From Escherichia coli (GTDB lineage: Bacteria; Pseudomonadota; Gammaproteobacteria; Enterobacterales; Enterobacteriaceae), in NCBI RefSeq assembly GCF_001677475.2, contig NZ_CP012497.1: a DNA stretch of 64,000 bases; one strand, 5' to 3'. A program made the position numbers and the translations under genes. Below, one piece after another: positions 41,129 to 51,875 of this stretch. The notes beneath the pieces were generated by a model that saw only the letters and a list, made by a program, of their open reading frames with translations, searched no databases and was not told the DNA's origin. The first letter of the stretch is position 1. Each line of letters starts with the position of its first letter.

Positions 41129-42975
41129 TACCCTTGCTCCACGCTGGTGACGCCAGCCTGCGCACTGAGTCTGACGCCGGGTTGATCCACTCTGACACTT
41201 TTCACGCGGGCGTCACCTTCCACCACCACACGGATTTCCCCCTGCAACTGCTGCGGAAGGAAAGGATAATTCTGTGTGCCCTGCATACCTGCCCACGGTC
41301 GCGGGTCAGCAATGTTCTTGTCACCCAGCGAACTGAACCAGTCCGTTACCTTACGCCAGACGGACTCGAGCGCTTTCTGGTTGTCCTGACTTTGTTGCGC
41401 GAACTCGCGCTCCCACGGGCTGGCGCTGGGGTCAGCAGCCACAGATTTCGTGAGTGAGTCTGTTTCATCCGGCAGGGCGTATAGTGTTTCCAGACGCTCT
41501 TTTACAGCCATTGCCCCCAGCACAGGACCGAGGATTTTCCCTATAAAACGTCCCCGACCGTTACCTGAACCGCCGGAGTTTTCCGGTAACTCCGGGAGGT
41601 CAGGGAGATCCGGCAGACCACCGTCCTTACCCGGACCAAAGCTGCCCATATTGACCACATAAACAGGTATCACGCCGGAACCAAAAACGTCAGTAATGGC
41701 ACCGGGTATTCCTTTGCCTTTCCCTTTGGGATTCATGATGTCGTGGAGGGTTTTACCTAACTGGTACGTTTTTCTGATGGCGATAATGCCGCCCACAGCA
41801 ATCGCCATATATTTACCGACCTGCAACCAGTTCTGGACGGTATGCTGGTCCACGCTGTTGAGCGCATCCGCCAGCTCCTGAACGGGTTTTGCCAGTTGTC
41901 CTTCAGCAAAACGTTGCCATTCGTTATTCAGTGACTGTATTGCGGCATTAAAGCCTTCGGCATTGGTCTGTGCGGCCTTTTGCGTGGAACCCAGCTCAAT
42001 CGTGCCGTAAATCATTTGTTCCATCAGTTGCCGGTTTTCAGGGTTAAGCAGCGCCTTAATCCCCTGCATTCCGGTCAGATCAAACACATCCTGAAGTTTC
42101 AGCGGATCGTATTTGGCCCGTTTAAGGATTTCCATCATCAGCTCATAGGGCTTTTTGATGTCTTTTGTGCCTTTGACAAAAACGTCAATGCCGTTTTTTT
42201 TCAGGAACTCGATGTTCTTTTTGTCCGACAGGGAAGCATACATGGCCTGAATACTGGTTACCGTCTCATCAATGCTGCCTTTGTTTTTGGCGAACACCTG
42301 AGCAAATGCCCCCATCTGGGCAATGGCTTCCGGTCCCTGATCCTGAATGATGGAAAACAGTTTCGGGGCAGCGCGGGCAACATCGGCAACGCTAACAGAC
42401 CCCACTGCGAACTGCGAATACAGCCTGTCCATCATGTTATTGACCGCCTCAGCACCCCGGACGTTTTTTTCCCAGAACTGGGCCATCAGCCCGGCTGCAA
42501 CCTGTCCGTCAACACCGAACGCCTGCATCATCAACCCCATGTTGCGGAGGTTGTCCACCACATACTGATAATCACCGGTTTTCCCCAGAAGTTCGCTGGC
42601 CCCCTGACCAAGCGCAGAAGCATCAATACGAATATCTTTCTGGTTCGATACATCCCTGATTTTGTCGTGAAGCGTCTTTACCTGTTCAGTGGTTAACTGG
42701 GCATCCGTACCCATCCGGCGCATCTGCGCATCAAAATCGGCAACCTGTTTGATGGTAAGACTACTGCCAAGCCCGGCTATCATTGCCGTGTAGCGGTTAC
42801 CAAGCGTATCAAGGCCGCGTCCTGCGGCCTCCGTTGTGGCTTTGACAAGGCTCATAGCCTTCTGATGGTTCCGGGCGAACTGCGACATATTTGCGCCGTA
42901 CTGCCGGGCTTTGGCGGTCAGGTTCCCGGCAAGGTTGATCATGATTTCCGTGCTGAGACGGTTACCTGTTGCCAT
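41128..42975 (-). CDS. tail tape measure protein
   Basis: 615 aa; helical N-half, Gly-rich segment, downstream of the chaperone frameshift pair. Confidence 0.75.
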   Translation of the reverse strand: MATGNRLSTEIMINLAGNLTAKARQYGANMSQFARNHQKAMSLVKATTEAAGRGLDTLGNRYTAMIAGLGSSLTIKQVADFDAQMRRMGTDAQLTTEQVKTLHDKIRDVSNQKDIRIDASALGQGASELLGKTGDYQYVVDNLRNMGLMMQAFGVDGQVAAGLMAQFWEKNVRGAEAVNNMMDRLYSQFAVGSVSVADVARAAPKLFSIIQDQGPEAIAQMGAFAQVFAKNKGSIDETVTSIQAMYASLSDKKNIEFLKKNGIDVFVKGTKDIKKPYELMMEILKRAKYDPLKLQDVFDLTGMQGIKALLNPENRQLMEQMIYGTIELGSTQKAAQTNAEGFNAAIQSLNNEWQRFAEGQLAKPVQELADALNSVDQHTVQNWLQVGKYMAIAVGGIIAIRKTYQLGKTLHDIMNPKGKGKGIPGAITDVFGSGVIPVYVVNMGSFGPGKDGGLPDLPDLPELPENSGGSGNGRGRFIGKILGPVLGAMAVKERLETLYALPDETDSLTKSVAADPSASPWEREFAQQSQDNQKALESVWRKVTDWFSSLGDKNIADPRPWAGMQGTQNYPFLPQQLQGEIRVVVEGDARVKSVRVDQPGVRLSAQAGVTSVEQG

Positions 42976-43457
42976 GCTGTTTCTCCAGTTGCTTTATCAG
43001 GCGGAACAGCTGCCGCAGGGGCAGCTGTTCCAGGTACTGAATGCTGAATCTCGAAGACAGGTTAACCAGCAGGTTCATCAGTGCCGCCGCCAGCGGCATC
43101 AGTTCGCCCCCGCGTTGCCACCTCCTCAAGCATGTCATCCAGCGCAGCAGCTTTCGTGCTGATAAGCTCAAGGTCTGCGGGGTGGAGCATTCGCAACTGT
43201 TTCATGTCCAGCGGGCCGGGAATACTGCCGATGGCCGCAACCTGACGGCGCATCATCTCCAGCCCCATCAGCACTTCAGAGCAGTAGGCCACCGCCTTTC
43301 CGTTCCCGCCCATGACGACGCGTTCTGCGGCCAGTTGCGCATCAATCACATCACTGGCAGTCAGTTCGCGCAGCTTCACGGTTTTATGCAGGGTTTCATC
43401 TGCCGTGCCTTTGCCGGTCAGAAGCCCGTGTTTCAGTTCAAATTCCATCGCGGCCAT
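42962..43457 (-). CDS. tail assembly chaperone with overlapping frameshift extension
   Basis: 131-aa ORF 43062-43457 plus overlapping out-of-frame ORF 42962-43171, located between tail tube and tape measure genes. Confidence 0.5.
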
Positions 43458-43458
43458 G

Positions 43459-43815
43459 TCACACCTTCACGCATTTTTCACCGATAAAGTTTGCACTGAT
43501 GGTGCCGGAATCCTCGTCCAGCTCCGCCGGGTTATCCGTGGCGGACCCCGTCATCATGTAGTTCAGGCCGTTGTCGCCGTAGAACATCACCGTGACGTCT
43601 TCCCAGCTGCTGATTTCAATCACGTCCATATCCGCAGCCGCCGCAATGGTCACTTTGATGGACGGCGAGGCCATCTTGCTGGAGATGCCCCAGACCTTGC
43701 CGCCGCCCATATGCTGGGTGCGACTGAAGCCGCCTGGATTCAGCGTGGATTTCCCCTCGGTTTTAATTTCGCGGCCATTCACGCGAATGGTCGCCATGCC
43801 AAGAATTTTTGCCAT
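43459..43815 (-). CDS. tail tube protein (Mu M-like)
   Basis: 118-aa ORF directly downstream of the sheath gene. Confidence 0.6.
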   Translation of the reverse strand: MAKILGMATIRVNGREIKTEGKSTLNPGGFSRTQHMGGGKVWGISSKMASPSIKVTIAAAADMDVIEISSWEDVTVMFYGDNGLNYMMTGSATDNPAELDEDSGTISANFIGEKCVKV

Positions 43816-43823
43816 GCGGCCCC

Positions 43824-45368
43824 TTAAACTCTGAACTGAATCAGGCCTGCCAGCACACGCAGCTGGTTCACCAGATTCGGGTGGCAGATAAAGTTCAGGC
43901 GGTTTTTATCGCTGCTGTCGCGTGTCACCTGAAGCGTGTCCCTGTAATCGCTGAAGTTCTCCACAAGGCCTGCCGGGATAAGTTCGGTCTGGCAGATATC
44001 CAGCAGCTCTGCGGTGCACAGCTTCGGCGTCATCACCGGCTGCCCCGCATCCAGCGAGTCCAGCACGTCATCATCCGCCAGCTTGTGGCGCGGATAACGG
44101 TTCGAGAAACGGTTTTTGATGATGTAACGGATACGGCCCAGCGTGGCGGGCGACTGCACATCCAGGTACGACACATCCGCATCACCGTACTGATTAACCC
44201 GGTACATGGTGATTTCACGCTCTATGCAGACGTTATCCCCGGCGTCCACCATGTGCGTGGCAATGCCGTCATGCAGCAGCAGGTTACGTTCCGGCATATC
44301 CCAGCGAACATTACGCGCAGGCGGCAGAATGCCGGTCAGGACCAGCGTCTGAAGCGGACGCGCCGGGTCAATGGCAAGGTGATACGCTGCCGTTGCGCCG
44401 TATGACGCGGCCCACATCCACGCCGGATGCGGTGACAGGTTGGTGCCGATACAGCTAATCAGCCAGTCATTGCGGGTTTCACCAAACGTGCCTGTCTCGC
44501 CGTGCGTGCCACGAAACGCCGTCCATAGCTGCGCTTCCATCATCCTGAGCGGCCCCCAGCGGTTCAGCAGTTCATCACGCAGGGTGTTCAGGCTTTGCGT
44601 GTCGGTGAACGGGGCGATGATATCGGTAAACCACTCCGGGCCGATGGCCGCAACGGCGTCTGCCATTTCCGGTGTCCCGGTGCCGCCGGTAAACGCGGTT
44701 GCGGTCACCTTCACACCTGCCGGGAAGGCTTCACCGGTGTAGTAGTTCAGGCGAACGTCGGCACCGTTGCCGGTGACGCCGTGCCAGTTCACGGTCAGCT
44801 CCACGGTATCCGTGGCATCATCCTTCACCGCAGCGGCCACCTGCGTGGCAGGCTTTTTCGTCACCGCATCAGCAATGGCTTTTGCAATGTTTTCTTTGGT
44901 ATCCCCGGCGCTCACGCCCACCTGAACGGAGACACCGTTAATCAGTAGTGCCACCGTTCCGGCCTCTGTTGCTGTCCCCAGCACGGTCAGCGTGGCTTTT
45001 GCGGCAGCGCCAACAGGTGCGGCAACCGGCATTGCCCAGGTTTCCGTGTACGTGTTGGCACGACGCAGTATTTTGAGCATTTCAGCCAGCATAGACCCTT
45101 TGCCATAAAGCTGCTCTGCCTGGCTGTCACTGGTGATGCGGGTCAGTGACAGGGCGTCTGCGCTGCCGGACGATACCGCATGGCCCATGACCAGAATTTT
45201 TCGGCTTTGCGCGGATGCACTGTCCAGCGCCTGTGAATTGTCAATATCGATCACGACGAGCGGGACGCGGATATCATCAGGAATTGAACCCAGCGACATA
45301 GATTTACTTCCTCTTTCGTTTCTGATTTTTGGTTTCAGGGAGGGATGTTTCTGCCGGAACATCAGCAA
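43824..45368 (-). CDS. tail sheath protein (Mu L-like)
   Basis: About 490-514 aa; true start probably MSLGSIPDD near 45299. Confidence 0.75.
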   Translation of the reverse strand: MLMFRQKHPSLKPKIRNERGSKSMSLGSIPDDIRVPLVVIDIDNSQALDSASAQSRKILVMGHAVSSGSADALSLTRITSDSQAEQLYGKGSMLAEMLKILRRANTYTETWAMPVAAPVGAAAKATLTVLGTATEAGTVALLINGVSVQVGVSAGDTKENIAKAIADAVTKKPATQVAAAVKDDATDTVELTVNWHGVTGNGADVRLNYYTGEAFPAGVKVTATAFTGGTGTPEMADAVAAIGPEWFTDIIAPFTDTQSLNTLRDELLNRWGPLRMMEAQLWTAFRGTHGETGTFGETRNDWLISCIGTNLSPHPAWMWAASYGATAAYHLAIDPARPLQTLVLTGILPPARNVRWDMPERNLLLHDGIATHMVDAGDNVCIEREITMYRVNQYGDADVSYLDVQSPATLGRIRYIIKNRFSNRYPRHKLADDDVLDSLDAGQPVMTPKLCTAELLDICQTELIPAGLVENFSDYRDTLQVTRDSSDKNRLNFICHPNLVNQLRVLAGLIQFRV

Positions 45369-45487
45369 TCACCACATCCCCCTCGGCTTCACGACGTCGC
45401 CAGTACGCCCCGACGTCGAGACGTTCCCCTTCCGGGGATAAATGCGCGCCATCCGGTTTACGGACACGGACGTTTTCCCGCGCTGGC

Positions 45488-46099
45488 TTAATCAGTTTCT
45501 GTTCCATCGTCACCCCGTACATGGATCACGTCGTTAATCTCAGTATGTTCACCGCTGCGCAGCGTCGCTCCGAGGCGCAGGAAGTCCGGGAGCGCGGCGA
45601 GATCAATCTCTTCATCCAGCTGAAATTCCTGCTCCCACGTCACCGCCCACATGGTGACACCCAGCCCGTCGAGGCTGGCGGAGTAAATGTTGTCTGCCCG
45701 CACATCAGCGGCCATGCGTTCAGCCCCCATGCCCGCTGTGGCATCCGACGACAGCAGGCGTTTGATCACCTTTTCGGCCAGCACTTCACAGCGCACGTCG
45801 CGGGAATACCCCCACGAATCCGTTGCCATGATGTAAGCCACCCAGGTGACCAGACCGGACAGCCCGCCGCGCGGGTTGATATCCCGGACACGCAGGGCAG
45901 CTACCCGGATACAGCCGGTACGACCGGACAGATAGCGCTTCACTTCTTCCGGGCTGTTGAACTGGCCGATGTGACGCTCCACCACGTCGGCCCGGTCAGG
46001 GGTTTTCCCCTGAAGTGCTGTTTTCAGCCAGGCCACAATGCGCTCTGCGGCCGCAACGGTGCTCCCCGGTGTGCGCAGTTCAGGGCGTTGTTCTGTCAT
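45488..46099 (-). CDS. Mu gp37-like protein
   Basis: 203-aa ORF between G-like and sheath genes. Confidence 0.5.
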   Translation of the reverse strand: MTEQRPELRTPGSTVAAAERIVAWLKTALQGKTPDRADVVERHIGQFNSPEEVKRYLSGRTGCIRVAALRVRDINPRGGLSGLVTWVAYIMATDSWGYSRDVRCEVLAEKVIKRLLSSDATAGMGAERMAADVRADNIYSASLDGLGVTMWAVTWEQEFQLDEEIDLAALPDFLRLGATLRSGEHTEINDVIHVRGDDGTETD

Positions 46100-46641
46100 G
46101 GCAGAACCTCCTTCCAGAAATGACTGATAACCTGTTGCAGCTCCTGCTGGTTGGCAGAAGACAGCCCCAGAAATTCACGTTGTGGAATGTTCATCATGCG
46201 GTTATGTGCGCCGACGGTCTGCCAGACCGGATATTTCAGCGCCCGCCCGAAACACTGCGAGATAAGCCGTTTGTGGGCGCTGACCGGCACACTGCCGGAA
46301 AAGCCGTCATTCATGATGCGGGCATAATCCAGCGGTGAACCGATACGCACCACACGGTTTTCCACGATGTACTGGATACTCTCCAGCAGATGGCCTTCAC
46401 CGCGCAGCAGACTCTGGTTGCCGTGGCGGGTCTTTTTGTACCCGTCAGACCAGTCCGGCCAGCGTTCGCCACCCGGACTGGTTTTCTCATCGATGATGCG
46501 GCGGCGGGTCTGTGATTCCACCACCGCACCGATGCTTTCCAGCAGCTCTGCCTGCAATGAACCATCTGCCAGCTTTTCAACGGCGCGGCGGATATCCTCC
46601 AGACGCTGGTCACCGCTGACCTGTACAGAAATCCCCATCAC
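46096..46641 (-). CDS. virion morphogenesis protein (Mu G-like)
   Basis: 181-aa ORF, translationally coupled to neighbours, Mu order. Confidence 0.6.
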   Translation of the reverse strand: MMGISVQVSGDQRLEDIRRAVEKLADGSLQAELLESIGAVVESQTRRRIIDEKTSPGGERWPDWSDGYKKTRHGNQSLLRGEGHLLESIQYIVENRVVRIGSPLDYARIMNDGFSGSVPVSAHKRLISQCFGRALKYPVWQTVGAHNRMMNIPQREFLGLSSANQQELQQVISHFWKEVLP

Positions 46642-47075
46642 AGCACCCCTTTCAGGTTGTTACGGGTGAACAGCCGGGCATTGGCACCCACTACAATGAT
46701 CTTCCCGTGGTCGGTTTCTGCCGGGGTGGCATACGTCGGCAGACCCAGGTCACGGGTGCCGTTCGCCATCTCACGCAGGGTTTTAATGGCGTCGTCGTAG
46801 CGTTTCTGGATCAGCTCAGTGATTTGATTGTCACGCTCTGACAACCAGTAAAACGCCAGCGATACTGCCACGCGTTGCAGCGGGCGCGGGATTTCCGTCA
46901 CTCCCAGCGGCAGCTGGTAGCGGCGGGACAGAAACGAATCAATTTCCGCTTCGGCATCACTGATGGCCTGACGGATTTTGTCCTCGTCCAGCCCGTTGGT
47001 TTCCCGGTTAATCGCCATGTTCCAGACAAGATTGCCGTCCGCGCGTAACAGGTCTTCCTGCGTGATGTACCCCAT
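46638..47075 (-). CDS. Mu gp36-like protein
   Basis: 145-aa ORF downstream of the major head region. Confidence 0.5.
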   Translation of the reverse strand: MGYITQEDLLRADGNLVWNMAINRETNGLDEDKIRQAISDAEAEIDSFLSRRYQLPLGVTEIPRPLQRVAVSLAFYWLSERDNQITELIQKRYDDAIKTLREMANGTRDLGLPTYATPAETDHGKIIVVGANARLFTRNNLKGVL

Positions 47076-47386
47076 CAGCCTTTCTCCGCTTCCCGGACAA
47101 TCAGATTCGGCTCTGCCATCAGGCGGGTGGCAACCGCAGCGATCACCGCCACATTCTCACCGGCATGTGACCAGAAACGGCCACAGCGCCAGAACCCGTT
47201 TTCAGACACGGCCCGGACGTTCAGCCGGACAGGGGCGTCACCCTGTACAGCAACCGGGTCTTCAGCCGGACGTGGTTCATTCGCCTGACCGTCAGCCACA
47301 ATAACGTCTGCCAGCGGTGCCGGGTTTTCCTGTGCAGCGCTGTTCTTTGCGGCTTTCGCGCCTTTGGTTCCTGCTTTTTCACTCAT
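47075..47386 (-). CDS. Mu gp35-like small protein
   Basis: 103-aa ORF directly downstream of the major head gene. Confidence 0.4.
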   Translation of the reverse strand: MSEKAGTKGAKAAKNSAAQENPAPLADVIVADGQANEPRPAEDPVAVQGDAPVRLNVRAVSENGFWRCGRFWSHAGENVAVIAAVATRLMAEPNLIVREAEKG

Positions 47387-47464
47387 GACTCTGCCTTTTA
47401 AAAGGCAGTTAAAAGGGCATTCGCAGCGCCTTTTAACTGCGGGTTACAGATTACGGATGACGGG

Positions 47465-48370
47465 TTATGCCGGGGTGGTGATGTACGGGCTGTCCACGAT
47501 CTCCACATCCTTGTACCAGATGTTGGAATCGCCGCCGTTAACCAGCATGGCGTCAATAATGAGCTTCGCGTCCGCACGGTTTTTCGGCCCCACCACAAGG
47601 GTGGTCGGGCGGATGCCCAGCGGCTCACCGTTGGTGCCCTTCATGCCCCGCAGCAACTCATTGGCTTTTTTGTAGTTCTCCACCGTCAGTGCTGCACGGG
47701 AACCGACGGCGGTCTGCCAGAAGCCGAAGCCCGCATTACAGCGACCGTCCACGCCGTACAGGAACTCGTGGTTCTTGAAGGTGTGCTCGCTGTTCAGATC
47801 GTCCAGGGCTTCAAATTTAAAGGCGCGTCGCGTCTGCCAGATGATGGGTTTCAGCACCTGCGACTCATCAATCAGAAACCACGGTTCGCCCTGGTCCGTT
47901 CCTGGTGTACCGACAACGTTGCTGTAGGTGCCGTCGCCCAGCGGGTGGTCTTCATCAAAGAAGTTCTGGCCGTCAAAGCACAGGGTGTTAAACCCGGCAC
48001 ACAACAGGGCGTAACACAGCTTGTCCGGGAACACAGCAGTCATACGGCCATAGCGTTCGGCGGTAATGCTGTACTGACCTATCTGGTCATCTTCAATGTG
48101 TTCGCGCTTAACGCGAATGGAACTTTCCCAGAGTTTGTTGGTGATGGTGTAACCATAACCGTCCAGCGTTGCCAGCTGACGCTCACCGACCCATTCTTTG
48201 ATGTCCGGTAAATCTTTCATCCAGCCGTAGGTGTTGGAGGCGGACGAACTCGGCACCTCAGAAGCAATACGATTCCACTGCGGTTCGACACCACTCAGTC
48301 CACGGGTAAAGGCGGCGCTCAGGCAGGTGGTCAGTGCATGAAGGATTTCAGAACTGATAGTCTGTGACAT
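47465..48370 (-). CDS. major head subunit (Mu T-like)
   Basis: 301-aa ORF following the protease/scaffold gene. Confidence 0.75.
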   Translation of the reverse strand: MSQTISSEILHALTTCLSAAFTRGLSGVEPQWNRIASEVPSSSASNTYGWMKDLPDIKEWVGERQLATLDGYGYTITNKLWESSIRVKREHIEDDQIGQYSITAERYGRMTAVFPDKLCYALLCAGFNTLCFDGQNFFDEDHPLGDGTYSNVVGTPGTDQGEPWFLIDESQVLKPIIWQTRRAFKFEALDDLNSEHTFKNHEFLYGVDGRCNAGFGFWQTAVGSRAALTVENYKKANELLRGMKGTNGEPLGIRPTTLVVGPKNRADAKLIIDAMLVNGGDSNIWYKDVEIVDSPYITTPA

Positions 48371-48377
48371 GTGTTAC

Positions 48378-49334
48378 TTACTCCTGTTTCGGTTTAGCGG
48401 CGAGGAACTCTTCCCCGGTAATACCCATGCTGCGGCACATCGCCAGTTCGGTGTCGGTCAGTGTCTGCGCGGGTTTATCCTTGCCCTGGCTGGGCTTGTC
48501 GTTGTTCACCAGCGGCTGTGCGCCTCTGGTGTACTCCGCAAACTGTTTGCGGCCTTCTTCCGTGCGGCAGGTGGCAAGGAACATGTCACGGTTTGCCGGG
48601 GCCACTTTTCCGGCTTCGATGGCCGCATCCACAAGCGCTTCTGCTTCCTTCTCTTCAAGTTGCTGAAGGCGTTGTTCTGCGGTTTCGGCACGGTTCAGGG
48701 CCAGATTGTGGGTTTCCACCGGCACAAACTTCGTCAGATCAGGTGTCTGTGCGCGGTTCAGCGCCACCTGTTCGTTCTCCTGAAGTTGTTTAATGGCGGC
48801 CACGGTATCGTCCACCGTGGCAGATTCAGCCAGCCCAAGCAGGCCGGTGATTTGCACAGGTACTGTCATCAGGTTTTTCTCCGTATTCAGTGCAGGAAAA
48901 TCCAGGTTAGGTTTGTTGGTCAGCCCGACGCTGGACAGGCGCGTCACTACGCCTTCCGCGTCAAAGAAAAACGCCGGGCTGTAATAGCGGTAGCGGCGCT
49001 CGCTCAGCATCCAGCGGGCGGACTCGCTCCAGACAACACGCCCTTCAATGGTGCTGCTGTCCGTCACCCGCAGTTCTTCCACCCAGCCATACGCCGGAGC
49101 ATCTTCACCACGCGGGCCTTTAATTTCGGTGGCGTGTTCAATATCCACCGGAATTTTGATGCCGGACGAACGGGCAACCACCTCATGCGGATTGCGGTTA
49201 ATCCACGTCCGGCCATCGCGCCCGGTGAACTCACCCGCAGGGACAAGTTCGAGCCATTCCGGCAGTTGAGCAGGTGTCAGCTCAGGGATGGGTTCTGGCA
49301 GGGAAAAACACAGCGCCAGCAGTTCCGGTTGCAT
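48378..49334 (-). CDS. head protease/scaffold protein (Mu I-like)
   Basis: 318-aa ORF; N-terminal protease-like region, C-terminal coiled coil (LQQLEEKEAEALVDAAIEAG). Confidence 0.65.
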   Translation of the reverse strand: MQPELLALCFSLPEPIPELTPAQLPEWLELVPAGEFTGRDGRTWINRNPHEVVARSSGIKIPVDIEHATEIKGPRGEDAPAYGWVEELRVTDSSTIEGRVVWSESARWMLSERRYRYYSPAFFFDAEGVVTRLSSVGLTNKPNLDFPALNTEKNLMTVPVQITGLLGLAESATVDDTVAAIKQLQENEQVALNRAQTPDLTKFVPVETHNLALNRAETAEQRLQQLEEKEAEALVDAAIEAGKVAPANRDMFLATCRTEEGRKQFAEYTRGAQPLVNNDKPSQGKDKPAQTLTDTELAMCRSMGITGEEFLAAKPKQE

Positions 49335-49380
49335 GTCAGTCTCCGTCGTCTGGGGTTACCGACGGTCAGTATGCGGAAGG

Positions 49381-49410
49381 CAGAAAAAAAGCCGGATTTA
49401 CCGGCTTCAC
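49381..49410 (-). terminator. intrinsic terminator between F and I
   Basis: On the minus strand TGAAGCCGGTAAATCCGGC followed by T7; identical copy at 57113-57140. Confidence 0.55.
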
Positions 49411-49547
49411 TGAAAACGGGGAAATACCCCCTTCAAAACCCCTTCAAAAACGCCACAGCATCTTCAAAAACGTCAGAATGCACATTCACGCCATCAGAAT
49501 AAAAAACGCGTTTCTGATGCGTTTCAGGGGGATTTACGGCGGGAGGG

Positions 49548-50276
49548 TTACTCACTGTCAAAACGGGCCTGTTTTGTCGCCAGCTGGCGCGCCAGCTCCT
49601 GCTCACGGTTTATACCGGGATTGTAGTTCCAGCCCGGATCAATCCCTTCCGGCACCTCTTCCTCTTCGCCCGTACGTTTGTTCACCCAGCGGACAGTCCT
49701 GATTTCCGGCGCTTCGGTGTGAATGGTGCCCTGTGCCGCCAGTTGCGCATACTCACCACGGCTGACCTGACGGATGGTGCATTTGCAGCCCCAGCCGTTA
49801 GGGGCGAAATGCGTCTGCCAGAACGGGTGGTCTACAGGCAGACACAGACGCGCCCATTTCACATGCTCCGCCCGGTGCTCGCGGGATGGCCCCAGCTCAT
49901 AAATCAGATACGGCATGGCCCGCTTTGTCCGCTGAATGCGTTCCCACTGGCCCGCCGCGCGGGCGGTGCGCATGTTGGTGTCAAAAATCGTGCGGAGGCG
50001 GCGGTCGCTGCCCAGTTGCACGGTGCGCCTTTCGCCCGTCAGCGGATCATCCATCTCCTGTACGCCCCACCATCCGCGTTTTATCAGCAGCGGTTGCAGC
50101 ATCTCCCGGAACTCGCTGAACGTCTGCCCGCTTTGCAGGGCGTCTTCCACAAGGGATTTCACATCCGACAACAAATCCAGTTGCAGCATTTTTGCCACGG
50201 TGAAGCTGTTCCGGTGTTCTTCCCGCCACACATCCCGGTAATCAAAACCGGGCGCAGCTTCTTCGCCTTCAGCCAC
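49548..50276 (-). CDS. head morphogenesis protein (Mu F-like)
   Basis: 242-aa ORF directly downstream of the portal gene. Confidence 0.65.
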   Translation of the reverse strand: MAEGEEAAPGFDYRDVWREEHRNSFTVAKMLQLDLLSDVKSLVEDALQSGQTFSEFREMLQPLLIKRGWWGVQEMDDPLTGERRTVQLGSDRRLRTIFDTNMRTARAAGQWERIQRTKRAMPYLIYELGPSREHRAEHVKWARLCLPVDHPFWQTHFAPNGWGCKCTIRQVSRGEYAQLAAQGTIHTEAPEIRTVRWVNKRTGEEEEVPEGIDPGWNYNPGINREQELARQLATKQARFDSE

Positions 50277-50303
50277 GCCAGCGCCTCTTTCGGGATGAGG
50301 GTT

Positions 50304-51875
50304 TCACGCATGACCAGTGTCTCCCAGCGCACGGGCCTTAAAGCACACCTCCGCCAGTTGCAGGGCAAAGTCGTCCGCGTTCAGCGTTTCCTGAAGCTCA
50401 GGCAGGCGTTTCAGAAAGTCATCAAAACTGTCGCATTCCTGCGCCAGTGTCAGCACCGGGTTTGTGAACGCCTCGCCGGTTTTCTGCCAGTCACGCAGGG
50501 CATCATCCACCATCTGTGCCAGTTCGTCGGGGTGTTCCCGGTTCAGGGCGACGCGCTCGTGGTTCATCGCCATATCACCTGACATTCCGGCAGACACCGG
50601 ATGCAGAACATCAGCCCCTTCGTCCGGTTCCGCCAGGCCGAACCGATCCCGCAGCTCCGATTCCTGAACCCGCATCCCCCGGTCAATCAGTGGCACCAGA
50701 GCATCAGTCAGCGCCTTCAGATCTTCGGCTTCACTGATACGCAGAACAACACGGGGATAGTGCGCCTGTGGCCCGTAGTTGGCCTCGATGTAGGGACGCA
50801 CCAGATATTCATTCAGCGTGTTAGCCAGCTGTCGCGCGTCCCAGCGCACAATGTCCATGCGCACCTGATTGTGCACGTCCGCCTGTGAACGCGAACTGCC
50901 ATTATCTGTGGTCATGGTCTGCCCCAGTACGGCTTTACTGATTTGCGCATCGCACCATTCAGCCATTTCACGGAACAGCGCGCCGCCGTTATTCCGGCTG
51001 GCGGTTTCCTGCATCTCCAGTTGCATGGACTGCGGAATGGCACACCCGGCATCTGAGGCAATGGAGGCAATCGCATCAATCAGCACGCGGATTTGCTCCT
51101 CCGTGGCGTTGGGACCGTATTTCCCCACCGTAACCGGAATGCCGAATTTTTCCGCAAATGCCCACCAGTCACGCACGGTAAAGGATTTCAGCATATACAT
51201 CACAGCCACCAGACGGGCCAGACCGTTACGCAGCGGCAGACCGGATTTCAGACGCGGCTGGTGAACAATGAATTTTCCCGGTGTCAGCGGTACGCCATCC
51301 ACCGGTTCATCGTCAGTCAGCAGGCGGAACCGGCGCAGAGTGGGCTTTTCGGCTTTCAGAAAACGGGGATCAACCCACTCATAATCACGGGGCACCCAGT
51401 GGTTGTTGCGGGTGTTCCACAAAATTTCACAGACCGCCACGCCTTTTCCCAGCCCGTCGAGCAAATCAAACATCAGCTCGGGGATTTGCGGGGCTTCCAT
51501 CAGCGCACGTATGGCATCCGCCAGCTGTACGTCGGCATCGTCATCACTGGCAGCCACCACCACCGGTTCAATACCCGCCACCGTCAGCTTGCGGGTGCGC
51601 AGCACCGAGGCGTAATGCAAATCGCGTTCTTCCATCTCTTCGGCAAGGATAAAAAAATCACGCGTGATACCGTTGGCGGCATTGCGCAGAATGCCTGCCA
51701 GCCTGCCGGGATTCAGCCCGGAGGCGATGCTGATGCCCGGCGAGGCCGGACGCACGCCAGCCTGACGCGGACGGGCCTGTGCTTCGTTGAGCGCCTCTTT
51801 TTTCAGCGTGTCTTCCTCACCGGTTGCCGGGTTCAGCAGACGGCGTGCGGCCCCGGCCTGTTGTTTCTGGTTCAC
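50304..51875 (-). CDS. portal protein (Mu gp29/H-like)
   Basis: 523-aa ORF; GTG start overlaps the terminase stop (GTGA). Confidence 0.8.
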   Translation of the reverse strand: MNQKQQAGAARRLLNPATGEEDTLKKEALNEAQARPRQAGVRPASPGISIASGLNPGRLAGILRNAANGITRDFFILAEEMEERDLHYASVLRTRKLTVAGIEPVVVAASDDDADVQLADAIRALMEAPQIPELMFDLLDGLGKGVAVCEILWNTRNNHWVPRDYEWVDPRFLKAEKPTLRRFRLLTDDEPVDGVPLTPGKFIVHQPRLKSGLPLRNGLARLVAVMYMLKSFTVRDWWAFAEKFGIPVTVGKYGPNATEEQIRVLIDAIASIASDAGCAIPQSMQLEMQETASRNNGGALFREMAEWCDAQISKAVLGQTMTTDNGSSRSQADVHNQVRMDIVRWDARQLANTLNEYLVRPYIEANYGPQAHYPRVVLRISEAEDLKALTDALVPLIDRGMRVQESELRDRFGLAEPDEGADVLHPVSAGMSGDMAMNHERVALNREHPDELAQMVDDALRDWQKTGEAFTNPVLTLAQECDSFDDFLKRLPELQETLNADDFALQLAEVCFKARALGDTGHA

